From contig CP075496.1 in assembly GCA_021613535.1 (NCBI GenBank), forward strand, positions 11,594,001 to 11,658,000: a stretch of DNA of 64,000 nt, given 5' to 3'. How positions within the stretch are numbered: position 1 is the stretch's first letter; each line of letters opens with the position of its first letter. The position numbers and the translations under genes were made by a program. The stretch comes from Adineta vaga (Eukaryota > Animalia > Rotifera). Shown here one piece after another: positions 25,425 to 39,847 of the stretch. A model generated the notes under the pieces. The model saw only the letters and a list, made by a program, of their open reading frames with translations, ran no database searches and was not told the DNA's origin.

Positions 25425-27399
25425 TTATTGTGGTGGATAGTAAAGTCTCACTGAATTAGTTGATGTTTGTCTTGTTGTATATGTCTGTTGTGTTAATGGT
25501 GCATATCTTGTTCCATGAACTATTGGATCTCTTGGTAATAATTGTTCAGATGCTGTTGTTGTTTTAGCTTTTCGATGACAATACCATCGACAATTACAAC
25601 ACGTATTACATGCTTTTGCTGCTGGTTGAATATTAAGCGATAAATGATTTTGACTTGAACTATTTGAACTATGATTTCGTTTCGCTGAAACTTCATAAGT
25701 AACATAGGATTCTTTGGGTATTTTCGTACATACAATTTGAAAATAACAACAACAAATATGTTGAAATAAATGTTGAAAGAATTTTCTCCAAGATTTCAAT
25801 ATTCGTTGAAGTTCGTTACGAAAACGTCGTCCACATAAACAATGTAAAATAACATTGGATGCAGAATTGAGTAGATCAAAAGCAATTAATAAACCATAAG
25901 TTTCACTTAAAAAATTTGGACAATCATCACTAGCTGAAAGTTTTTTCTTACAATAGATAAATGAAAGTATCACTTGACCAAACCAAGAATTTGTTATAGC
26001 AAATAAACATTCAATTGTAATAACAACTAATATACGACGTGTATCATCCGTACGACGACGACATCGTGACATTAATGATGATGTTAAACGATTTAATTCT
26101 TGAACAAGATAAAGTGAAATCATATTACTAAGAATGGTAATTAACGATGGAATAAGACTTCCGAATACTAAAAGAAAAAGATGAAAAATTCTATTAGTTG
26201 TTTTGTTTGTATTTATCGAGATTTTCTAAATGAATTGAATAGATATAAATTCAATATTTTAAAGTTAATATAATAGAAATAACATTATTGTACTTTTCAA
26301 ATTAACTAATGTATATGATGAATAACTTTTATTCCATTTGAAAGATTATTTTTTTTGAAAAATCATCAACTAAATACTTGCATTGTCAGTACTTATTCTC
26401 TAAGATCCAGTAAGAATCTCGTAATCACATTGATTTATCATTGAAATCATTCTTACCTAAGAGAAGTGTATAACGATTGTAATGAAAAGATCGTCCATAA
26501 ATAAAATCATAAGCTCGATCAAAAAAGTTTGATTCTTGTGGAAAGAGACATTCATGAAATTGATATCTTCGATGAATATCATTTATTGTTATAATATGAC
26601 CAGTTTTCGATACATAGATTTTTTGTATTAATATTACAATTGATTGCTCATATTGATTGAAATAAAATGATAAAATTTCCATTAATTTTTCTTTTGTACA
26701 TACAGAATTCGCATTGTCCAATAAAGTTTGATTTTGTTGTAAAATATTTATCGCATAATTAACACATTTGTAATCGTTTGATTGTTTTTCTATTACACTA
26801 GTTAACATATTCGTGACATTATTCATATGTTTATTCATATGTAGAAACCAATCATAAGCAATATCGGGACTAAATGATTTCGAACAAAATATAACCGAAC
26901 CAGAAAATTGAAATGCATATGCAGTAAGAAATGTACAAAAAATAACGAGAATTGTTCCTTTATATTTATATTTATCTACATATGTTGTGGGTATAATTTC
27001 AAGTTTTAATGAACGTTTAATAAATATTGTTCGTTGAACAGACATAAATGACATTAATATTAATGAAAAACGTAAATATAATTCAGGTTGAATAATCGGT
27101 GTAAATATTTGTGGCCAATTTTGTGTAGCATCCGCATAGATTCGAGCAAGAAATGTTTCTTTACAAGAATTTCGATTACTATTTCGTGGTAAATCAAATA
27201 ATGTATTTAAATAATAATTGATTTTCATGAAACGAAATAATAAATAAATGGAATCAGCAAGTAATAAAACAATAAAATAAGGTGTTATAATACGATAACG
27301 AAATTTTTTTCGAAGAAATACTAATATACATAGACCATTGCCTGATGATCCGAAGATAAATAAACAGAAACCAATCAGTACGCATGAGAAAGCCAACAT
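25425..27399 (-). CDS. Divergent class A GPCR with a very long second extracellular loop, 2 exons (intron ~26455-26168)
   Basis: 'FGSSGNGLCILVF', 'LLLADSIYL', 'MSVQRT', TM7 'LLNSASNVILHCLCGRRFRNEL'. Confidence 0.85.
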
Positions 27400-29401
27400 C
27401 TTATCTAAAGAAGATTTTCTTCTTTTTAAAAAAAGAAAGAGACAGGCAGACAGATGTCAAATGAGCCCATTTTTTTCAAGAAATAGTAGATTAGGTTTTC
27501 TGTTTCTCAAATGTAATCTGTTAACAATTGAAAGGATGTTTTTAGAAATGAGAAAGCAAAACAAAAGCTGCAACTGTGTTTTTCACTTGCGAGAGAAAAG
27601 CATAATAACAATATTGAGTCAATCTTTTTGATGAATCTCAATTAACGACGTCAGAGAAAAGAAATCACATACTTGTTCAAATAAGAAAGAAAAACATCAT
27701 CACAAGAGAAAAGAACATCATTTCTAGAAGTAGTTTTCTTTTCTGAATCGCTCAACCATTCATAAAATGAATATCTCATGCATATTGAAAAAAAAGAAAG
27801 TAAAAAAGATTAAGAAGAAAAGAAGAATAAGAAATAGACAAATAGACAAATTACTGTCAACTCATTTTGCAGTTAGTCGTTAGACTAGAACGAGAATGTC
27901 AATCTTTTTATGGAAAAATATGTCAAATATAATGCTCATCAATTAAATAGAACCATATCTTAAAGGTCTCTCTCGACTTCTGGGAACATAAAGTCAAGAA
28001 AATCATAATAGACAATAATAACATCTACTTTTTATTCAAAAACTTTTTCTTCTTTTATCTTTTTTAACTAATAACAGAAAAGTTAATGATGAATCTGTAA
28101 ATCTTCGTATTTATTTATGACTCTCTCGAAATTATAAAATTATGTTTGAGGATATAATTAAATAGAATCTTTTTAATAATTTAATATTTCTTTGAAGATT
28201 TTGATGATGAGAAAAAGGATGAGAATATATATAACTATGTATATATTAATGACTTCACATTGATGAAGTAGTTAAATAGAAAAGTTCTTTATTTGTTCCA
28301 TAATTTAATTTTACGGAAAGTAAATGTCAAATAATATCGTTTAGTATTTTGTCTAATTTACTTTCTTGAACACAATATTTCAACCTTAATTTATGATATA
28401 ACTCAATTTCTACTCTATATATTTATCTAAAAATGTTTAAACAACATTTCAAAAGATAATCAATGATGTTTGTTACGTCAAACGCAAAAAAAAACATAAT
28501 TTCTATTTAGGAAGATTCTTTTTTAATTAAATAGCACTCTATGTAATTCACTTAGTAACTGACACACATTTACAAATCAGCTTCGTTAGCATGAATAGTC
28601 ACTTGAGACTTATCTTGAAAAGAAGACTTTAATTTAAAAAAAGGGAAATATCCTTGAACTTTCCTTCCACTTCTACTTAACAATGAAACGAAGAAAATTG
28701 TGTTCTTTTAAATAAGATATGATGTTTCTTAATGATTATATAAAGCTTAATCTTTAGATTTCTTACAAAGAGAAAATCTTTTATACTTACATCTCTATAC
28801 AACCGAAAAAGCTTTTAAATACCCTCGATCTCAAATTTACATATTATTCTTACCTACAGACACATTCGTCAAATGGCCGTGTACATTTTTTGATTCTAAA
28901 TCAAGTCATTCACCTCATCGAACAACATTTCTTTTTTTGCAAATGAGAATCAGAAAGAAAAATATTTGTCGTCAACGATAGGAATCAGCATGACATACAA
29001 TATAACGAAAATATATTACATACTAACTTCATGTCATCGTGGTCTTTTGAAGAATAAGAATATACTTAGACTAAATATGGACAAAAAGGATTTTTTCACA
29101 ACTCATAATGATATATGTGTTAAAATATTGCATGAGACAAATTATTGTTTTGTGCTAGAATATACAATAGAATTGACTGTTAATTAGTTAAGCGAACATT
29201 TTTCTAGCCTTTGACAATATAGTTGATGACTGTTTTCAATCCTATGACGCAAAACTTCTTACCATTTTCTTTTACAGTTGAATAAAACAATTTATTTAAA
29301 TGAACAACAACAACAAGCAGAATAAATACTTGATACACGATTTTAAGTATTGTATATAGGAATACGTTTGGAATTGTTTTTTTTGATTGCATCTAGGAGA
29401 T

Positions 29402-32231
29402 TTATTTATTATTTTGTTTGGCATCGAATGATGCGACTGTGATTAATCCATTCTCTTGAGGATAATCATGAACTGTTGGAATAATAAAATCTTTCATATT
29501 TGGCATTACCTAAAAAAATGAATAAAGGAAATGAAATAGTTGTTATTTGTCATTGATTTCTACTAAATATCGACGAAATATTTGACGTAATTTGTTTTCT
29601 AATTTATCTTTTAGTTTATAGAATGACACACGATATGTACCGAGATGTGGTGTAGCCTAGGACAATCGATAAATTAATATGAATAGAAAGAGATTTTTTT
29701 GTAACAATACAGAAAATTCCATTGTTGGCATATCGAGAAAACTAATCCATAGACGATCGGATGGAACGGATGGAATATTGAATAGTAGAATACCATGGAG
29801 ATTGTTGACTTCTAACTTAATCATAAGTGTCGTTTTAGTTATTTTTGTAATATGAGATGACGAAGAAGTTATTTGTTTCGTAGGTTTTGTTTTGCTGATT
29901 AATGAATGTTTTGGAAGAGATTGTTGACGTTGAAACCATCTTCTTGGTGGCCAAAGACGTCTACGCCATGACTTTTTAGGAAGAATAGTTTTGGATTCCT
30001 TTCCAAGTTGTTTGTCGGAAGTGGATAATCGTGTAGTTTTCAAGGGATTATTATCGATTAGATGTTTTCGAATCCATTTAAGTTTAATATTAAGAGTTAA
30101 GTGAAGTTTTCCATTATAAGATATTTTCATACGAGACCAAAACCCGTGTTCATCAATCCAAGGTTTGTAGATATTCTTTTTGTAATAAATTAGAACTTTT
30201 TTTTCTTTTCGTGAATTATTGAATGACTTACTTTTATTTCAGGTAATCGATCACCTAAATTGAGATTAGTTAGAAGAATACGTTCAATCCAAGGCATTCG
30301 ACTTTTTTCGAATTGTTTTTGCAGAAAAATTCGAATTCGTTCAAGATATTTTTCATTATCGAAAAAATCAAGAAAACATCGAGCAAAAAATATATTCAAC
30401 AATAAAACTGGATCTTCGAGATTATCTTCTGTCATATTATATGGTATTTGTTGTAAATATTTAAATACAAAATACAATAAAGAATGATTTGTATCGTTTT
30501 GAAAGAAGGATGATCGACTTATTTCAATTTGTTGACGATTTGTATTCATATCACGATTGAATGGAGATATCTAGGGTTGTTTTGAAAAATTAAGAAAAAA
30601 GATGATCGTTCTCGACATTGGTTAAGATTTGAATTCATCGATGTATGTAAGATAATTCCTCTCGTGCGGATAATGAAAAATATCTCGTCTTCATCATTTT
30701 TATCGAGCTATAAAACTAGTAACTGAGCAATTACCACAACTAACTAGAACTTATGATTGAGTAAACAAGGATTCATTAGTCTGTAAGTAGAATTTGACCT
30801 ACTTTAATTATAGCTATTAGCACGACAACGTATAATTTCTTTACGCCAAACTCAGACAGGAAACATCGTTTGTCACAGAGTTTTCTAGCAAATTAACTAG
30901 TCTACTAACGATTTCCTCATTGCTAGTCGAAGTTTGACACATTCATTTTCGTTGTAAGCAAAGTACTAACGCGTGAAAAATGAAACAACATGACACTGTG
31001 CACACTGTTAATTATACGCGTCGAAGTTAAATAAACTAATCTTATTAGAAATGAGGCTACATATGTTTTCCTTTGAGTTATCTCATGAAATTTGAATAGA
31101 AGACAGGTCATACTACCCTTCGTCTACTTATATTCTTCGATAGATTTACTTTGAAATTATCATTTGTACTCGTTTCTACCATCTGATTTTGTTCCATAAG
31201 CCATCTTTCACAATATTCTTGTTTTGGATTACTTAACAAGTAAACATCTTCGTTAGATCTCTTGTTTTGTGAATTATTGAATGATTCTTGATGATTATGA
31301 TCACTTTTTTTCTGTTTAAAATCAGGTAAAAACTTGTATACAGTATCGACTGCTTTCAAATAAGATAATTGATCAAGTGCTGTAAAACGATCAGATCGTT
31401 TTAAAAAATTCATCATACGTTGTTGATGTTCTTCATGTTCTGTAATCATATTCTGTCTTCTTCTTTTTGAAATTTTTATTTTATTTATCTGAAATATAGC
31501 ATTTTAAAAGCAAAATTCGTTGAATATCGATATAAAATCACCTTTTTCGTGTTAGGAATTATTTGATTTTGTTCTATTTGATATAGAATTTCATTTCTCC
31601 ATAAATCTAATTGTGAAGCATGAACAAATCGATAAAACCATTCTTCTTTACTACGACGTGTTCGTGCAAATAAAATCAGTGTTACATTTATGTGATTTTG
31701 ATTAGTTTTACCCGATGGAATTACTAACGATTGATTTTGTAAGTAAAGAACATTTCGTAGGACGATCGGTGTTTTCTTCGACCAATATTTCGAACGTTGC
31801 ATTTTATTTGGTAATAAACCAACATTTGCTTCGCTTAGATTATACATTCGAGTTTCATTAATACTAACTTTGGAATGAAGTTCTTTGTCAGTTAATTGAC
31901 GATTGGGTTCTTTCAATGGTTGAGAAATAAATAAAATATTTCGTTGAATCTCAACTAAACAAATTTTTGTCATTGAATATGAAAACTTATGTACATTATA
32001 TTGTTCTTCATTCAATTCATACATCCATGTTTTTGATGAATCAATTGTTTCCATTGAATAAAATTGTTCTCTTTCATTTATTGAATAAGATTTAAATGAA
32101 AGAAGATTTCCGAGAAATGATAGAATATTAGAAAATAGAAATGATTTCATTATGAAATGAAAACATAGAAAAATCAATCCGAGAATAAAACCAAAAAAGA
32201 AATCAACGAGAAACCATCTATGATTGATCAT
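29402..32231 (-). CDS. TEX2: TEX2/Nvj2-like ER membrane-contact-site protein (TM, PH, SMP), multi-exon
   Basis: PH segment 'KYWSKKTPI..LFARTRRSKEEWF'; SMP segment 'LNIFFARCFLDF..NLGDRLP..NIPSVPSDRLWISF..VMPNMKDFIIP'. Confidence 0.85.
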
Positions 32232-32490
32232 GAATAGAAACTATGTGTCACTTAGAAACATTGTATAATTAAATGGAAAAGACTGTCATCTGTCGGATTC
32301 GATGAAACTTATGTTCGTTTCATATCCAATGAAATATTTAAAGATAAAACAATTTGTTTTTCTGTCTGTCTGTCGTTTTAAATTTAAAAGAGATACAACA
32401 ATCAGTGTCAATATATAATTCATGATGTTATAATTCGTTATTCAACAGTTTAATTTTGTTAAGAAGAAAAATCATTCTCATTAATTTTAG

Positions 32491-33495
32491 ATGGGTTCAC
32501 AATTTGGAAAATTGCTTAGTGTTGATTTAGCGATTCAATTTCTCGGTTGGATCATTTCAGCTAAATTTCGAACGGAGAAATTCTTTGATTTAACAGGTTA
32601 ATAGATTTGAATCAAATCCATACATTTCAATATTGATTCTTTAGGTTCATTAACATTCGTTCTATTAACTTATCTAAGTCGTAATAAAAGTGGACAAAGT
32701 TTACGACAAAAAATTCAATGTGCTTGTGTATATATTTGGGCTTTAAGGTACTAAGAATGCTGCATTCAACAGAGAAACAAAACATAATACTATCTGAATC
32801 TTTTATTAAGATTGGGTACATTTTTATTTCATCGAATAATGAAACATGGTAAAGATTCACGTTTTGATCGTATGCGTAATTCACCATCGAAACTATTGTT
32901 CGCTTGGATTATGCAAGGTTAGATTAAAGAAGAAATTCTATTTCTATTATTATTATTATTATATCTTGTAGGTGTTTGGGTAATCATCACACTCTTACCT
33001 ACACTTTATCTTAATGAAAAACGAGTGGATAAAGCATTGACAAAAACTGATTTTATTGGTTGGGGTATTTGGTTGTTTGGTTTTCTTTTTGAAGTTATAG
33101 CGGATCGACAAAAAATGACATTTAAAAATGATCTAAATAATAAAGTATAAAAAGTCAATTCTTCTTCCAAAGTTGGAAAAGGGTTCTTTTTTTAATATAT
33201 TTAGGGTAAATTTATCAATACTGGTTTATGGAAGTATTCAAGACATCCGAATTATTTTGGTGAAATATGTGCATGGTTCGGTCTTTATTTCGCTTCATCG
33301 CATATGCTTGTTGGAAAAGAACGATTGTTTGGCTTATTATCACCTGTATTTGTAACAGGATTACTTTCATTTCTTAGTGGAATACCAATATTAGAAAAAC
33401 AAGCAATGAAAGCATTTGGTAATGATTCGAATTATCGTACATATCGAAAGAAAACGCCAGTTCTTATTCCATTCATCAATTTTCCTCGTATATGA
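32491..33495 (+). CDS. DUF1295 / steroid 5-alpha-reductase-like membrane protein, multi-exon
   Basis: 'TEKFFDLTGS', 'GKDSRFD', 'FEVIADRQK', 'TGLWKYSRHPNYFGE', 'SGIPILEK'. Confidence 0.9.
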
Positions 33496-33589
33496 AATGA
33501 CTAAAAGATATTTCATACTTTTTTTTCTTTTTTATTGTATCGTTTTTTTCTTTTGATTGAAAAACTCTTATCTTACATTTTGATTCAAC

Positions 33590-33605
33590 CCAATCATCTG
33601 ATTGG
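33590..33605. promoter_or_regulatory. Inverted pair of CCAAT boxes upstream of the secreted-protein gene
   Basis: ccaatca-tc-tgattgg, with further CCAAT/ATTGG at ~33717, ~33736 and ~33758. Confidence 0.4.
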
Positions 33606-33854
33606 TTTTGAAATAAGTATATGACGATATTTGATTATCTAATTCAATAGTATTGTTTAACTAATGATAAATAACAATTCACATTCATATCCGTTTATTT
33701 TGGAAGTTGTTAACATACCAATCGTTCTATCTCTAATTGGTAAATACTTAAAAGATAATTGGTAACGAGAAAAAAAAGATCCTCCGATGTACCGTATATG
33801 TATATAATACATTCATTCGATAAGCAAGATATTCACTTATTCTATTGAAACAAA

Positions 33855-34919
33855 ATGCGTCTTGTATCAATATTTTTCTTTTGTATCATTTGTCTACAAT
33901 TAAAAGTTAATGCTGAATTAAGTCCGAGTTCATGTTCTCTTCTTCGAACAGCAACAAGTATTACTACGATAGTACCTGAAATAGCTCAACTTGCTATGCG
34001 TTATTATCGTGTATCATCACCATCATCAAATTCTGAACATCATCGTCAAAAACGTTTTCTTTTTACGGATAATCCTTCTCGAGATAGTAGTGGTAATTCG
34101 AAAGGATCCGTTCTCGAACAAATGGTTGCTTCTGCATTTAAAGATGTAAATTATACTAAAGTTGCATTGATAATTCTTCAGAATAATGACTCTGTTAGTA
34201 AAATTCGACAAAATATTGATGGTGAAACAATCGTTCGTACAGCAATGCGTAATGTTGATTATGAAAAATTAGGTCGTAGTTTATGGCATGCAGCTGAAAC
34301 TGAATTTGATTTGGAATATATTATTTCTAGTTTTATTAATGTTACACAGATTGATACAATACATAATGAAATTGTTACAACTGGTGTTTTACCAGATTGG
34401 CTTATTAAACGTATTCATCCAGATTTAAATGTTCGAACAGTCGATCATATATTTGAATCTTTAAAAAATATATCACAAAAATTTCTTATAATAATGAATA
34501 GTTCAGACAATTTGGATCAATATCTATATCAAACAGTACAACAACAAGCACTAAAACCAATGGAACATATCATTCGAAGAATAAGAACTGAACAACCAAC
34601 AACATTAGATCAATTAGTGGAAATTATTTTGGATAATGTTAATAAAGTTGTGATGGTAAGACTATTTAGTTAATCTGCATATCATGTTTATTAGTTATTT
34701 TAGGAGAAATTTCCTACTACCAAGACTCCGATGAGTTCAAAGACAACAAAACAAGAATCATTGGCAACTACAACAGAAACTGTAGTAGAAGATTCAGTTC
34801 ATAATGATGTGAAATTACTTTTCTATCAATTTTCAATTGCCGTTGATTCAATAGGACAAACAGCTCGAGTTATACTCAAAGCTCTCGAACAACTTTATTG
34901 TACGACTGTATGGGAATAG
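33855..34919 (+). CDS. Secreted helical pro-protein with a furin site; exons 33855-34656 and 34704-34919
   Basis: Signal peptide ending VNA, 'HHRQKR|FLF' and an in-frame GT-AG intron. Confidence 0.8.
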
Positions 34920-35332
34920 AAATAAGAAACATCTGTTTTTTCCTTTCGATATAAAATCTTATTTTAGACTTTTCAATGGAATATACAAGCATCTCTTTTC
35001 TTTCTATAATGTTAATCATACTGCTACATTTTGATGAATAGATTTTTGTCATAACTGCACAATAATTGTTTTTATTCTCTGAATTTTTCTTTCAAACATA
35101 AAAATTATGTCAACAAATTTCTTTATGTTTCTTTTACATGACAATAGTTACCATGACTGAATTATACAAATAATCGAAATTTACACATTCATCTATTTAT
35201 CTTTTAAAAATAAATCAACTATTATTTATATCATTTCTTTCTGTTGATCAGTATAATAACTGAAACCAACAATCTCCATGGTTCGGTTTTTATTCCGAGA
35301 ATACACTCATAACACACACACGCGCTTGTATG

Positions 35333-35669
35333 TATATATATATACGTTGATATATATATATATAACTATCTAATTCTACAAAGAAACATTTTCCCTTTGA
35401 ATTGGCTCAAACAGATAGAAAAAAAAGTTATACATATAGATAAATTTTGCACAAGTGGAGAAGGGAGAGACAAGATTGACAAATCCTTTAATTTTGAAGG
35501 ATAGAATAGTTCGTAATCGTGAGAAAAAGAGCCAAATAAACAAAGATGAATGAATACACGTTCACACAAGAGAGAGAGAAAAAATAGAAAATGAGAGATA
35601 AACACATATATGAATGCGAAGATAAATATGTACAAAAAAGAAAGAAGATGAATAATAAGGCTAGAATCA

Positions 35670-35701
<32 letters not shown>
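35333..35701. repeat. Two (TA)n microsatellite tracts (~35333-35363 and ~35672-35701)
   Basis: Seen directly. Confidence 0.7.
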
Positions 35702-36149
35702 TGCACACAGAGTAGTCGAGTAGAGTATGTCAATGCATAGAAATAAGGCTCTGCTTGAGTAATGAAGTTTTAAACACAGGGTTGATGGAAGAGGATGCCT
35801 CTTATATTTTGAGGTTCACTGAAAAAAGCACTAAAATAAAGATGAAGAAGAGAAGACGCACGCGCAAGAAAGAATTACTGATATATTTTTTTATACGTGT
35901 TTACAAAAAATGTTTTGTTTTTTTTTGATTTTCATTTTTGTCTCCGGGTGTTTTTTTGTCCCAGATGTTTATATTCTAAAGGAAAGACCAAATAAAGAAG
36001 AAAATGAAAGGAAAGACATGAATGATACGTTGCTGAGCCGAAGAAGAACAGATGAGAATGAAAGAAAAAAAATAAATAGAAAGTAACAAAAAGAAGATAT
36101 TTGACTGGATTTCATCGTCATCACCATTGTCTATATCATTACCGTTTTT

Positions 36150-38576
<2,427 letters not shown>

Positions 38577-38884
38577 TGTTATGTAGTTTTGATTTAATAT
38601 TCGAAAGAAAAACGAGATGTTTTGATAATAATACAGACGTTTGTTTGTATGTGTCTTGAAAGATACTGATATGTATAATGATTTATTGTGAGACGTTAAT
38701 GCTAGAAATAAAGACAAATAAAACCGTTGTGTAATACAAAAGATTTATTTGAAATCGATGTTTTCGAAAGTGACATATGATGAAAAGAAGCCTTTGTATA
38801 AATAATGTTTGTTTAAAAGAAAAGCAAAGCAACCACAAATAGTTGTGAAGAAAAACAAAAGATTTTTCTCAAGAAACACGTGGG

Positions 38885-38953
38885 TCTGGATGCATCTGGA
38901 TTATCTGGATGAATACGTATATTCTTCTATTGGTTACAAATTAACCAATAGAA
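38885..38953. promoter_or_regulatory. Candidate promoter element: three TCTGGAT direct repeats plus a perfect 12-bp inverted repeat carrying two CCAAT boxes
   Basis: ttctattggtta-caaat-taaccaatagaa at 38925-38953, lying between divergent genes. Confidence 0.5.
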
Positions 38954-39847
38954 AATCGAGCGTTACAAACAATGAGAAAAGATAAAAAAAATAAAACTAA
39001 ATTTTTTCATAAAATAATTCATTTTTTTAAAATTTTGCAACAAGAAAAAAAACGGTTGAATTATAAAATTGAAGGTTTTTATGTAACATAGATTTTTTTA
39101 GCAAAACAATTTCGTAGAAACTTCTAGATTTTCATAACATAGAGAGAGAGAATCGTAAGAGAAATAATTAATAGAAGTGTATAGACATACATATGATTTG
39201 GTTGCGTTGGAAACATTTTTCCTTTCTAAATGTTGTATTTATTCATTTTAACTACATCAAAAACTATTTGCATTGTTAAAATATCAAAATTAACAAAACG
39301 AAAATTTCTTTTCTCTTATTTTTATAAGAAATTATTATGACTGATACACTTTTATTCTCGATCGTGAACAAGTGAATCTCTGTTAATTTCATTGCATCCT
39401 TATTAATCTAATTGTCCTCAAGAATAGAAAGAAAGAAAAAACTGACTATGAACTAAACATTTCTAATTCTTCAATATTTGCATAATAAACAAAATCCATA
39501 CAAGTTTTCTGTTATTAAACGTAATCAACAAGTGAAGCTCTTTCAATGAAAAGATTTCGTTATATCTCAACTTGTCTCCTATGATTTTTAATCAAAGCAC
39601 TTATACTCACAAACATAACCATCATTATTTGCAAGTCGACGTCTTTCTCTCCTTCACTCTCTCTCTCTCTCTCAACAGTCAAATAAAAAGATGAAGGTAA
39701 AAATGCTATGTAAACTATGTTCTTCGATAGAAAAAGAGAACGAAGAAAAAGAAAAAAGAAATACTAGTGACATGGAAACTGTTTGATGTTACTGTAGATG
39801 ATCATTGCGAATTGCTACCATACTTACAATAAAAACAAATAATAAAC

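Noticed and set aside
30572-31140. Insertion element in the unusually long TEX2 intron
   Set aside because: No terminal repeats or coding remnants recognised
34040-34070. RQKR|F resembles the paramyxovirus F-protein cleavage site (captured viral fusogen)
   Set aside because: No hydrophobic fusion peptide follows, there is no TM anchor and there are too few Cys
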